Assembly (NCBI RefSeq): GCF_035594765.1
Contig: NC_085841.1
Span: 15,483,636 to 15,547,635, forward strand
DNA: 64,000 bases
DNA from: Anolis carolinensis
Lineage: Eukaryota
Direction: 5' to 3'
The position numbers were made by a program, and so were the translations under genes. The notes below the pieces were generated by a model. It did no database searches, was not told the origin of the DNA, and saw only the letters and a program-made list of their open reading frames with translations. Positions 25,147-38,630 of the stretch are shown one piece after another; position 1 is the first letter of the stretch, and each line of letters opens with the position of its first letter.

Positions 25147-27264
25147 TTTAAATGGAGTAGGAATGGAGATCATTTTCATGGCAGTTATCAATTCTGAAAC
25201 TGCCCAGGTTGTGTTTAGGGTCACAGACATTTTCTTAGATGCACTAAGGGAGATAGAATAAGTGTCTTTTGTTTGTTTTGTTTCTTTGGTTCTTTGTTTG
25301 TTTGTTTTCTATATTGGAAGACTCATTGTGGCTAAATCTGAAAACACCCATTTCTCATTGTCTACATCTGGATTAGGGACCTGTGCCTATATGTATCATC
25401 TTGCCCTTTAGACACTTTTAAGAGTTAATTGATTTCCTCTTTGTTTTCTTTTCTACACCCACTCAGTTCCTGCATGCTCTAACCTGCAGCCATTTTCTCT
25501 TCTTCTCCCACGCCCTCTCCTCCATTATATCATGCAATTGACTATGAATACACACATACACACATACAGAGAGAGAGAATAAAGCTTTTAGTGTAATTTT
25601 CTGTCTTTTGCAAGCCACCTTGAGTCTCAATTCTGGTAAAAGGTTAGATATAAATAAAGTGATTGATGGGTGGGTGCCATTTTTATTTGTTTTTATGAAA
25701 AAAAGGACAAACTTTATTTCTTTTTATTTCCAGACCATGTATATCTGGACCTGGTGTATATGGAACTGGTTGTTGCTAAGTTTCTGAATTGCCAATTGGA
25801 ATTTCTCTGCTTGTGCAGTCGAAAACTGTATCTAACTTTTACCAAAAGACAAAACAGGTCCACTTTGGTTATCCAACCCACCACTTAGAATAGATTTCTT
25901 GTACATTACATGTTCTTGTTCATGAGTCCTACTTTTTATAGGGTGCTCTCATGACCAGTAAGAAGGAGGATGTTGAGCTCTCTCCTTTTTGCTGGTTGTG
26001 CAGGAATGCCATCCTGACATTACTGATATGATAGATGACAGCCATGCACTGAGACAGAGTGCTGTGGAATGGCAGAAACATGGGCATGGGCATGAGCTAT
26101 CCCCATTCCCTGTGCTAATCAGTTCAGGAAAAGTATAAAAGTTGCAGTGTTTGTCTGGATGGGAGATGAGGCCAAATTGGACCTGATCCAGTTATCAAGA
26201 GTCCCTCAAAGCAAACTTCTCAATATTCCCCAACGTTGCCTAAAGTCACTGTAAAGGAGAAAAGAAAAAACACAAACTCCTGGGATAATCATTGGAAGCC
26301 TCTGTGCATTATAAAGATTGTCAACTGTGTGTTCATAGTGAATATGAGGTTTTGGGACCATATATATAACCTCCCAAAGAGACAAACAGCAGTTCAGTCC
26401 TGCAGTGCTGCAAACTCTGAAGGTGTGATTTCTTCCATCATCATTAAAGTTAGGAAGGTGCACACATAAAATGTCTACATCTGTGGATTTTCTTTCTTTC
26501 CCACCCCCATGTGCTCAGTTCCATTCTGTGTGCGTGTTTAATATATTGTGTGCACAACTAATAGTTGCACATTGCTTCATATATATTTGCTGCTGTCTTT
26601 TAATCTAGGGATTCTGGATTATAAATTGGCATCCACTCCATGACTGTTCTGATAAATGCAAAACAGGCACCTAAAACTGAAGCACAACTCTGAAAGAGCT
26701 AACTGTACCACTGCATTTGTGTGCTGTTGTATTGTGTCTATAATTCCCTACCCCCTTGCTCTGGGACAGAAAGGACCACACAGGGAAATTAAGCAAATGA
26801 TTAGGGCAAGTATAATCTCCTTGCAGACAGAAAAGGAGTCATATATCGAAGCAATGTGCGACTATTGCAATATTCACAATTTTAGAGTGATTGCTTTAAT
26901 CAAAAACAGCAAAATGCATATGTTGAGGAGAAACCATTTTGTTTCCTCTGAGAAAAAGGAACAGCATTTAGCTGAAATAGCAATTCACCAGATATGTATA
27001 TATTAGTGAAAAACACATGGATGTACAAACTTGACGGTGAGCATCAGTCAAAAGGTAAGGTTATTAATAACATCTCCATGGCATGCTTCTGTTTTGAATG
27101 AAAGATGTGGAAGGCATCCTTGAACAATTTCACACATTTCTCTGAATTCACAAGCAATTCTATCACATTTTCAAGCACATTTGGAGCTGTGAAGTAATGG
27201 GTTCTGAACATTCTTAAGTGCGCTAGCTGATGATTCCTAATGCTCCTCCATAAACAGCTAGTGC

Positions 27265-27317
<53 letters not shown>

Positions 27318-27490
27318 AGTTTATTTATATCCTGCCCCCTCTCCCCAGGGGACTTGGGACAGCTTACAACATAAATAATACAATAAATGCAATACAATAA
27401 AATACAGAAATGGAATAAACAATTAATAACACATCAATAAATATAAAACACCAAATACAGCACAATCAAATACAAAAATTAACGATAAAA
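27265..27490 (-). mobile_element. (AAT)17 microsatellite plus L2-type 3' end
   Basis: (AAT)n at 27265-27315 abuts tttatttatatcctgcccctctccccaggggacttgggacagcttaca. Confidence 0.7.
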
Positions 27491-27820
27491 ATTATGCTAG
27501 GATCCCAAAGGAGAGAACCATAGCCGTTAGAGTGGATTCATAGTGCTATACTTCTGTAGTGTGTATTGGGCCTGGGTGTCCTGCTGTGGGGAATATATTC
27601 ATTTAATTTCAATACTGCATTTCCCACAATATGAGACCCAAAGTGGCTTGTTATAGAACTTAAAGCAAAACAGCTAATGTGGATTCCAAAATTTTAAAAG
27701 ACAGCCAATTCAATTATAGCATTAATTTAAAGCCGTTGAAAACACATTAAACATGTATTGTTGTATATTAAAGGGATAGTGTGTCTTTCTTGAACCTCTT
27801 CCTTCACCAACCAGTTAAAG

Positions 27821-27955
27821 CAGTGTTTCTCAAGCTATGGTTCACCAGATATTTGGGCCTTCAACTCCCAAAAATCCTAACAGCTGGTAAACTGGCTGGG
27901 ATTTCTGGGAGTTGTAGGCCAAAACACCTGGGGACCCACAGGTTGAGAACCACTG
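27821..27955. mobile_element. hAT MITE with SPIN-like TIRs
   Basis: TIRs cagtgtttctcaagct / aggttgagaaccactg; perfect 8-bp TSD agttaaag. Confidence 0.9.
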
Positions 27956-30818
27956 AGTTAAAGACTGAAGGTCTGTTCAGGTAAGAAAGTCATTGTCTGC
28001 TGATAGAAGGAAAACAGAGAGGACGAAGCAAACCTCTGGGGGGAGTTTCATAACCTAGAAGAAGCAACCAAGAAGAATCTTCCCCAAGTCCTCTTCATGA
28101 GTCTGTGAAGGTGGTGGGATGGAACGACTGCTTTTCCCCAAATATTATATCAGGAAGACTCATGTAAATTGATACAGGCTTTTAGACTGTCTGGACCTAA
28201 ACCATTGTGGGGTTGGGGTTAGTGAAGAGATTCAATCAAAATGGCAAATCGAATGGAGGCTGAGATTACAATTTCGCTCAAACAAAATAGTGAAGTAAGT
28301 TCAAAAGACTTCCCTAGAGCATAAAATCTTTGATGGAAATAAGAAGAAACATTTCTTAACATTTGTTCTATAAGTGTAGGAAGAAAATAGTTTGAGACAT
28401 CCCCTTCTTCTGGGGTTTTCCAAAATGCTAACATATCTTTTGTCAAATCTACCTTTCATTTCAAATTATTAAACATTGAGTAGTTATCCCCCCCACCAAA
28501 AAAAATAATTCTTGTCTAAAATGAATCCTGCAGTTTTGCCCTGATTTTCATGCTAGATAAAGTTTGCCTTCAAAGAATTGTACTGGTGGAGCAGTGTTCT
28601 TTAGTGTATATGACCTAGATTTCTTTTATTTTAGATATAACAAAATCTTATGCTAAAAATAATTTTATAAACAATAGTCTGTGTCAGCTATATCTAAAAC
28701 AGGGGAAGACAGGGCAAGTCATAGGTGTCCAAGAATGACTGGGGTTCATGTTTCATTTTAAATCACAGATTATCAAAAAATGTGTGGAGTTTTGATGTGG
28801 GAAACACTGAAACTAACATTTCCACCATCTTTCCAGATACTCGTGCCTTGGAACAAAGGGTGATTTTTTTTTTCATTTGAATTACTGCCATTCCAGCAAT
28901 GTTTGATATGGGCATAGCACTAAATAACTCTGAATAACATATACATATATTAATGAGCATAGGAAAGCATGGCTATAGTAAAATGGTTTAAGTGTTAGAC
29001 TAGGACTAAGGTTAGAATCACTACAGTCCACCTTCCTGGTTTTTTAATAAAAAGTGAGCATTTTTCTAACTTTGCTAGAATGGAAGTAAGAAACAAAATG
29101 TACAATGTGCGTACTTTATTGCTATGGTTTATTTTTATTTTGTTTATTTTATTTTTACTTTTTTGCAAGAAAGGCTCCTGGTTACAACTTTTGGTGTATT
29201 TTAGTCATCAAACAATATTGAGGAACAGTGGTAATCAATCATACCCATAATTATGTAGCAAGACCCACATACTCAATGAAGATACTGCCCTGTCTTGCCC
29301 CAGAAACAGCCAATGGAATGAAAAATCCAAAAGTGTAGGCAGCTTCAGCAACTGAAATCCATGCTCTCTAGAAGAGGTATCTCTCTCTCTCTCTCTTTAA
29401 ATTGTCACATTCATAAGCTTTAAAACAAATCTGCAGATTGTTAAAATATATGTGAAGTGAATCAATGCACCCTTTAACAAATACCATGGGAGTGGTTACC
29501 ACAGCTATAGATGGACCAAGGCAATCCTGTAACATAGTTTTGCCCACATTGCAGGAGGGCAGAGCTCAGAGCCAGTAGTTTATGGCAGCTCTGAAATTTA
29601 GTCTAATAGAAAAAACGTGTCACAAGTAAGTGTTGTGGTATCCATGCAGCTTTGTAAGTCCACCTTTGCTACTTCTTCAAAAGTCCACTTAATCAGTCTA
29701 AAGTTCATCTACAGGTCTTTCCCATGTTCTGTTTTTTATATTACATTTACATTATATTAATCCAGAGAAAACTTGGAAATTCAGGTTTACTGTGGGCTAA
29801 TCCGGAACCCATCATTAATTTTGGGTCTGTCTGGAAGGGCCCTATGTTGATGTGGGTACTACTGTCCTCTACTCCAGTTCCATGCCTCTATCAGCACTGT
29901 TGGTGGCAGTGTCCCCATGAAGTCATCACACTAACAGTGGATACTGTCAGCTAGAACCACCAAAAGTACAAAGATGAAGGGTGTGTGTGTGTGGAGGAGG
30001 AGAAAAGGGAAAGTGGGAATGACAGGCAGTAGTGGCACCAGCAATGGTGATGATGTCACTGTCACTGTGGGAAGTTGGAAGCTGTTTAGGCAGGAAAGAG
30101 GCTTCATTGCACGCACCTCTCAGGCCCCACCATCCCCTACTTTCTGGTGTCTCCCCAATACACAAACACAAGCAGGCAGATACAGGGTGAAAGATGACAG
30201 CAACAACTGTGTGGAACCCACAGGCATGTGCACGGTGAGATGGCAGTTGAAGTACCTTGAAAAATGAATAAAGAAGAGATCCTCACCATGTCCTTTTCCC
30301 AGCCCACTTATTGGTTGCATGCAAACTCTAGCACTATAAATGAAAATGAATTTGTATTGTGTCTTTCATCTATCATTCTCAAAAGATCAAGTGAAGTTAA
30401 GAAAAGTCATAGCAGGTTAATAAAGTTCTCAAAGCAATCCTTATGCTCTTTGGAGGTGGGGAATTCTAGGTGACAGTATTGCTATGTAACCTTATCGTAA
30501 AACTATCTAAATGCCTCACCCCCAGTCCACATTGACATTCAGCAGATGTCTGTTGTGTACATTATCTGAACCCAAAGAGTGTGCATTTACTTCCCCTACT
30601 AGCAAACAAAGCTGTGACAAGGACTTATGACAAACATGCTGCTTCTGATTGTCACAACTGTGCTTAATGGTGTGAGAGGTTTGCAACACCATCCTTGACC
30701 CTTGATTGGCAGTTGAACACACTTCTTTCACACAATGTGCCTGCAGGTTGTACATGAATAACTGAGTAGCCAATGTAAACTATCAGTGAAAGATTCCTGG
30801 GAATAAAGCAACAGCATG

Positions 30819-31591
30819 GGGATCACAACCTGGGGATCACAACCAGATACAGTGAAGACATCTGCCCTTGCGCTTTGCTATTCTGCTACTGAATATGCAT
30901 GCCTAGTATGGAATGCATCTCACCACGTTAAAACAGTGGATGTGGTTCTTAATGAGACATGCCTCTTTATCACAGGATGTCTATGCCCCACATCACTGGA
31001 GAAATTATATTGTTTAGCCGGCACTCCACCACCTGACATCTGCTGGGAAGTAGCAGCCAGCAATGAAAGGATCAAGGTAGTGACATCTCTGGCCCATCCC
31101 CTGTTCTGATATCGGCCAGCATGCCAATACCTTAAATCAAGAAATCGTTTTCTAAGATCTACAGAGATACTCACAGGAACACCTCAGCAAGCGAGAGTCC
31201 AAAAGTGGCAGGCTAAAATCCAGAACCTCAACCCATGGCTGATACCGAATGAGAGACTCCCTCCTGGGCACACAGAAAACTGGATGACTTGGAAGGCACT
31301 AATAGACTGCACTCTGGCACCACGAGATGCAGAGCCAACCTTAAGAAATGGGGCTACAAAGTGGAGTCTGCAACATGTAAATGTGGAGAAGAGCAAACCA
31401 CAAACCACCTATTACAATGCAGTCTGAGCCCATGCACAATGGAGGACCTTCTTACAGAAACACCAGAGGCACTCCAAGTGGCCAGCTACTGGTCAAAGGA
31501 CATTTAGTATAATGCCAAGTTTTTAACTTTGTTTGTGTTTTCAAAACTTTACAATTGTACCCTTGGTTCACTTCTGACACAATAAATAAAT
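30819..31591 (+). mobile_element. 5'-truncated Vingi/Ingi-clade LINE
   Basis: Disrupted ORF TTWGSQPDTVKTSALALCYSATEYAC...W and RANLKKWGY...CKCGEEQTTNHLLQC; tail cttctgacacaataaataaa; flanking direct repeat agcaacagcatg (30807-30818, 31592-31603). Confidence 0.85.
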
Positions 31592-32386
31592 AGCAACAGC
31601 ATGCCAAATATAGTTTCTTCTATCTGCCCTTTAAGCACAGAACCCACTGGCTACTTCTGGTGAGGCTCCGTGCTTAAAGGGAAAGTAAAGTGGAGCATGC
31701 ACCAGGAACAAGGGGAGGAAGCCAGGTGATCGATGCATCCTCCCGTGAGATAGGGACTCCGCTGAGTTGGGTGATGTGGGGCATGAGGTGACAGGTTCCC
31801 CACCCCCTGATGGGTCCCACCAGAATCACCATGATGTCTGTTGATTCTGGTGGTATTTGTGATGAGGTTGTTAATCACATCCTGTATTTCCAGACTCTTA
31901 CTCATTTTCCACTCTAAAGTGTTTTGAGCAATAGTGCTTGGTGTTTCAAATTGATGAACTGATTTTTATATATATTTGAAGCCAGCAGCCCACTTGTCAC
32001 AGCTTTGAAGAAAGGCTTCCTATCTCCTCCTTACCTTCTGTTATATGCCTCGCTCCACCATAGCCAGGTGTAAACTGTGCTTAATTAAAGACCGCAGGAA
32101 GGAGCTTGGCTGAGGAGCATAACATGTGGGGAAAAGCACGTCAAGGCCCATATTTCTTTCTCTGCAGATGGTGAGTTGCCAGAAAGGATCAGCACAGACT
32201 TAATTACAAGAATTGTTAGAGAGTTAAGGAAGGAGAAACAGTAGGCTGTGAGTTAACAGTGTAGGCAGACCCTTATATAAGGAGAAGCAACAATGGCTTA
32301 CAAAAGGTGAGCAAGAAAGGTATAAAGAGTCTGCTAATCAGCAAATGGTGTAAGGATGCTTAGCATCCTTAATGGAGGAGGAGATA

Positions 32387-32676
32387 CAGTCAGACTGGAT
32401 TATCCAACGCAGTTTTGTAGTCAATGTTTTCAATATATCGTGATATTTTGGTGCTAAATTCATAAATACAGTAATTACAACATAACATTACTGCGTATTG
32501 AACTACTTTTTCTGCCAAATTTGTTGTCTAACATGATGTTTTGGTGCTTCAACTGTAAAATCATAACCTAATTTGATGTTTAATAGGCTTTTCCTTAATG
32601 CCTCCTTATTATCCAACATATTCGCTTATCCAACATTCTGCCGGCCCGTTTATGTTGGATAAGTGAGACTCTACTG
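32387..32676. mobile_element. Tc1/mariner MITE, same family as 289-611, left TIR internally deleted
   Basis: Near-identical body; right TIR ttggataagtgagactctactg-TA intact; left end reduced to TA-cagt. Confidence 0.88.
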
Positions 32677-33717
32677 TATTTACTGAATTTTGTCTATATG
32701 GGTCAATTATAGTCCTGACTATAATTGAACACCTGGATTAATTTGTTTTATCAGCAGACTGTCATACTCTTCAACAATTACTTCAATTAGTTTAGCCTTG
32801 TTCGAACCAACAGGATTCCCATCATAATTTACTTATTACATATCATTTTCAAATAAATTACAATGTAGGATCTATTACAATTTTATATTACACTTATTAC
32901 TTTATTGTCATTATTTTGCTTTGTTTTTGTTATCATCATCATCTAAAGAAATTATTAATGGAGTTTGAGAGTTGAAAGAGGCCACAAGGATCATCTTGTT
33001 CAAACAGCTTCCATCAGCAACACTGGCCCTTGCCCAGAGTTAAGCAAAGTCCAGGCAGACCTTATTCTAACTCAGAACTCAAACTATCTTCCAACTATCT
33101 AAACAATTGGGTTGCTTCAGTTTTGTCTGAATGAATGTAATTTATGTCCATTTGCATTCCTAAAAATCACACACTCTCATGTTTTTGTGACTCCTGCAAG
33201 CAAGGACTTTATTTAATACATTTATCACAATGTTATGGAAAGTTTTAAAACCCATAAAATCTGGAGATAATTTGGGATATTGTGTCAATTTTGTGGAACA
33301 TGTTTCGATGTTAAATGACAATATTTTGATCTCAAGAATAAACAAAAGAAATGCTCCCCAGATCTATTAGAAAGTGTTTACCAAGGTGTGAAATGCAATG
33401 TGGGTGGGTGATATTAAATACCAAAATATCTAATTGTGTTTTAGGCATATACATTTGAGCTCTCTCAGTGAGATATTTTGTAAGATATTGTTCTCAAATT
33501 AGCTTCTCATTTTTACTGTAAGTAATCTGTCAGGGTAGAACTATTTTAAATTGCTGTTGAAATGAAAGCTTAATATTCCAGATAAAGAAAAATACTGAAA
33601 ATGTATAAATTTACTCTCCTCTGTGAGACAAATTTAAATGTTTGGATATACATACAACAAGCTTCTTTGATATTAGTACCCAAAATCTTGTCATCAGCAT
33701 GTCTTATGCTGTAAAAC

Positions 33718-33792
33718 TGTAAGCTGCCTTGAGTCCCTTCAGGTGAGAAAGGTGGGATAGAAATGGCATAAATAAATAAACAAATAAATAAT
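33718..33792 (+). mobile_element. L2-type 3' tail
   Basis: tgtaagctgccttgagtcccttc...ggtgggatagaaat followed by (taaa)n. Confidence 0.6.
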
Positions 33793-34543
33793 ATATGGCC
33801 ATGCATATAAGAAATTAAAGTTGATTCCTTTCTTGGACACAACTCTATTTTGCGTGTGCTACATATTGCATGGAAGAAAAGATCAAGAAAAAAGAAAGAA
33901 GGAAGGAAGGAGACAAATAATTTCGCCCACCTCCTCACTGTCAACCAACCATCTTGTCAACGTTTTCCTAATATTTCATGCTCATATAACTTTCCATTTT
34001 TGCATTGCTATTTTTCCATGGCATGAACCTAGAAATTAGTAAATTATCAACAATACCTCAACACAAATATGAGTTAGAACAAATTTGAAGCTATCCCTTT
34101 TTCTGCTCACGAACACGTTAAAACCATGACCAAGACTTTGCATCAGACACATTGTCATAATATTGTAGCTCCAAACTGTTTCTTGATCAGATCCATCCAA
34201 ACCCTCCTATGGAATCCATGTAGGCTGAAAAAAACACTGAAAAACAGAGTTCTACTGTGCTGGCAAGCAGGATACTGATGGATTCAGACAGTTCCCACCA
34301 GGAAGAGAAAATTCACAAAGACATTGTCACAGAACCCTGCATGGGTCCCTACTTCTGATGTCACATCATTACCTGGTACAAGGGATCTAGATATATCATC
34401 CTTCAGAGCCCTGGTTGCCTCTGCCATAAACTCCATACTTTGATGCTGGATAAATCTTATGATTGTGGCAATGGTACCATACTCAAATATGTGAATAGAA
34501 ACAAGTTTGTTAGTTTAACTAATGACATTTTAACTGACTAGCA

Positions 34544-34639
34544 TCTGGGCATCCCTTGGCAACGCCCTTGCAGACAGCCAATGCTCTCACATCAGAAGTG
34601 ATTTGCAGTTTCTCAAGTCGTTCCTTACATGGAAAAAAC
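34544..34639 (+). mobile_element. 5'-truncated Anolis SINE2-like copy
   Basis: Matches the 3' half of the SINEs at 6633 and 11030; TSD actgactagca at 34533-34543 and 34640-34650. Confidence 0.8.
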
Positions 34640-34714
34640 ACTGACTAGCAAGATGCCAGCCCATGGACTGAGAGGACCTTCCAAAGGAGGCTGTAATCTG
34701 ACCAGCATATAAAG

Positions 34715-34848
34715 TAGGCATGGGCAAACTCCGACCCTCCAGGTGTTTTAGACTTCAGCTCCCACAATTTCTAACAGCCTACTGGCTGTTAGGAATGGTA
34801 GGAGTTGAAGTCCAAAACACCTGGAGGGTGGAAATTTGCCCATACCTA
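34715..34848. mobile_element. hAT palindromic MITE
   Basis: TIRs taggcatgggcaaact / aatttgcccataccta; TSD atataaag/atatagag; internal symmetry. Confidence 0.85.
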
Positions 34849-36256
34849 ATATAGAGATATAGCCAATAGGCAACTTGGCAAGGTGATTATATACCAGCTG
34901 AAATACTACATTGTGGTTGTGTAGCATGACTCTCTACATGCAGAGTAGCATTGTAATTGCAACCAGTGTGTTGAGTGCCATCACTCCACAGCAAACCAAA
35001 ATACTGAATATGCATTTGAGCACACAACTAAATGTGTAATATAAAATCATGAGTGATGTACAATATGCATCCAGGTACACAAACAATTGTGCAATGCACA
35101 CCCATGCACAATGGCATGTCACACATAGCTCTACCTTAACCCACTTTAACTCAGTGAGGATATTCCTCATAGGTCAAAACTGACCAACTACATCTCTACG
35201 GAAGCTCTACTGACCAGTGCATCACTGGATTCTGGGAGGGCATGCAATCTCTCCAATCATTTCAACCTGCTATCTCCAGATGTTTGTAACTTCCCATAAA
35301 GGGGCACAGAAATGCCACCATTTCACTCAAGGGTGCTCCGAACAGGATCAGGGTTTTGTGTTCATCTCTGAGCTACCATATATCACATCCTCCTCAGACA
35401 GCCCTGGGATAGCAGCAAGCAGTTCATCTAAAAACATGGCAGGTCCTAGAACTGAAACTGCAGGTGGGAGATGATCTACCATTTACAGTGAGGAAAAATG
35501 CCTTTTGTCTGACTGGAAGATGAACAGCGAAACATCCAATGCCCTTGCTAACAATCTGTCTCAGGCTTTCAAAACAGAAATGAAATTCTTTGGGTAGCAA
35601 GAAATCTTCCACAAACACACTGTAAAGGTGCCAGAGTACTCATATTTGTCCTGGTTCTGAATTACGCTCCCCATCAGTAGGAAAGCCTTTGATCCTCCAG
35701 AGTGAAAAACATATGATGAGGATTTATCTTCCTCTGATCATTCCCCACCACCACCAGCTGAATGTGAAAGTGAAGAGAGGCAGACTTTCAAAGTACAGCT
35801 TGAAAATCAGATATCCTGTGTTCTAAATCCCTGACATGCTTCGAATAGACAGTCTATATGTGAAGGGTTTGTTACCAAAAGTATCTGAGATGTTTCAAGC
35901 AAGCCAATTAGGCTACATTCTCCTTCTCTTGACAGATGTCATCTCACAGGGAAACCAAGTCACTTTCATTTCTAAAAACAGGGATGGAACCCTGACTGCA
36001 GTTGATCAAGTCAAGTCAGCTTCATCCAAGAATATTTGGAATTTCCTGACAAACACCTCCATGACCACCATGCATAGAGTAATGTTACCAACGTGCTTAT
36101 AGGTGTCTTCCTCTTCTGGCTACAAGTAAGTCTTTTCCCTAAAGAAGGATCCACAGAGTATGTCTGTACTGTACAATTAAAACATTTAATACTACTCCAA
36201 CAAGCTATGGTATTCTGAGATGTACAATTTACTGAGGGACTTGAAATCCCCTCCTA

Positions 36257-36410
36257 GGTTCCTTCTGTCTACACTGCCCTATATCCCAGGATCTTATGCC
36301 AGATTATCTGCTTTAAATTGGATTATATGAGTCTCCACTGCCAGATAATATGGCATAAGCAGATAATCTGAGATGAGATCCTGGGATATAGGAATAGTGT
36401 GGAAAGGGCC
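36257..36410. mobile_element. PIF/Harbinger-type palindromic MITE
   Basis: Inverted arms acactgccctatatcccaggatct / agatcctgggatataggaatagtgt; ends gggcc-taa. Confidence 0.75.
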
Positions 36411-37314
36411 TAAAAGTGTTGTAGTCCTGTCTACAGGGAATTCTAAGTAAATCTCAGGATTGCATAACAGGGAATAGTGACAGTTAACGTGAATTGAAAC
36501 TGCTATTACCGTTTAGTGTAGAAACCCAGGTGTCCTTCTCTAACAGAAATAATATTCGAGGTTTGAGGAAACAGTTGTCCAATTGTCCATGACCAAGCAG
36601 ATTATCCATATTGTGTCTTCTACATAAACTGGAGTAAAAAGTGCTCTTGACATAAATCTCCACACAGAGATTTGGGGACTTCATTTCAGGGTAAGGAAAC
36701 ATATGTGGACCATATAATACACCAGGAAAGACTAGAAAACAAGCCACAATAAATGTTTGGCATAGGCTGATTCAAAGCTCATTTTACCAGAAAGATGGAA
36801 ATTATGGCTAACACAGACCATAGAAACATGACAGTAAGACTACAATGCCCAGAAGATAGAACAGAAAATAAATTTAAATATGTTGCATTGCAATTAAATT
36901 AGAATAATCCTTGTCGTTAAATAAAACATGTTCAGCATTGTTGTTATTTTTTTTAAAAAAAAATAATGGGCCTAGGAATAAATATTCAACATGTTTGATT
37001 GTGATAAAATGCATCAAAGATGATAGAAATGATAAGTATAAGTAATATTACTATAAAACCTATCAGCCTTTGAGATCTGAAATTAACTCATATGGAGAAA
37101 TGATTACTCTGAACAGCTTATGTGCTCCTTAATCACTTTTTCACATTATCATTTCTATCAAAGGTTATGAATGTTATCATAATCAGAGGCATATGGGAGT
37201 CCTGATTGGTTTCACCCACACAGTTGGTACTAGAACATCTGAGGCACTAAGTTGTAACATGACATGCAAGAGCATATATGTCTTTTTAATCTTTTAATTT
37301 TTACATTATAGAAA

Positions 37315-37795
37315 GGGTATCTGATGTCTAAATCAACCCCATTTATGAATTAAAGGCAGGATTTGGGGGCAAATCTTTATATTATATCGAAATACGTAGT
37401 TTTGCCCTCAAATCCTGCCTTTAATAAATACATAGGGTTGACTTAGATATGATCTATGCATAAGTCAAGGGTCATTCTGAAAAGAGGAGACAGCTCCAGT
37501 ACCAACTCAAAGTGCTAGCCACTCCTGGCCACAATTGGTATTTTCCTGCCCAGGCATTCAAAAAGGCTAGAAATGGTACCATGGCAGAAAGAGGGTAGAG
37601 GGGATCAGTGCTTCTTTCAGGTTCTTCTGGCATGAACTAAGCTCTTGCCTTTTGCCACTCTACTCAGAGAATAGAATAGTTCCATTTAAAAATATGAATT
37701 GGGTACAGTACTCAACCTGTTTCTAAGTCAACCCACATTTTTGGGTTGATTTGTAAACTAAAATTTCTAGACATATACACGAGCATATACTGTAA
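37315..37795 (+). mobile_element. Old mariner/pogo-like non-autonomous element with internal fold-back
   Basis: Collinear with the split copy at 19170-20814; ends gagcatatactgta. Confidence 0.6.
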
Positions 37796-38129
37796 ATAAG
37801 TAGCAACCAAACTGCCAAAGCACTATTTTTGTGTATATTTTCCAGTCAATGGTAAAAGCCCAATAATTGTTGGATATTTTTGTGGTTTTGTTGTTCTGAA
37901 TTTTGAAGATCAAAAGAAAATGCCAAAAAATTCCTGAAGCTTCTAATTCTGAATGCCACCATTAAGGACCAGTTTAAATGTTTCTTGTCTTGAAATTTTC
38001 CATGTTAGGTTTATGCATTCTCAGAATCTTTCTGATACTGGCAGGCAGAATCTAAGTCCAAAAGAGTTGGCTAAGGAAGAAATTTCATTATCATTTCCAT
38101 TACAATTTTGTAATTGTTATTTGCTGTCA

Positions 38130-38630
38130 AGTTGACTTTCATTCAAGTTGACCTATGAATGAAAGACCAGCAAGAGCCCCAAGTCAACAACTATCCTGAT
38201 CAAGTCTTGCAAGCTTAGAGCCAGGTGTCAATTCACCTGCAGTGTGGCCTCTCTCTTTTCTTACTGCCTTCCACAAGCATAATACTCTTTTCCAATGAGT
38301 CATATGGTCTTATGATACATTTAAATTTGATATTTCCAAAGTATGGCAGTGTCAGTTTAGTCATCTTCATATCTAGCAAAAGTCCAGGTTTGATTTGCTG
38401 TAAGACCTAATGGTTTGTTTTTTAGCAGTCAATTTATCCATAGAACATCTGCAGTACCCTATATAAAATAAGTTGATTTTCTTACTGTCAGCTTTCTTAT
38501 CTGTCCAGCTTTCACTATCATAAATAGAAATCAGAAATACTATGAACCGGATGATCTTGACTTTGGTATTTAATGATATGTCTTTACATTTATGAACCTT
38601 ATCTAGTTCTTTCATGGCTGCCATTCCATT
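38130..38630 (-). mobile_element. RTE/BovB-type LINE 3' fragment
   Basis: Antisense ORF 38373-38735 contains GMAAMKELDK...KDISLNTKVKI...ESWT.KKAD.KKIN, typical of the RTE post-RT region. Confidence 0.75.

Noticed and set aside
32351-32371. Palindrome taaggatgct-t-agcatcctta
   Set aside because: Too short and isolated to interpret.
35100-36160. Possible DIRS/gag-like or host coding remnant
   Set aside because: Short ORFs with no recognisable motif and no consistent splice pattern.
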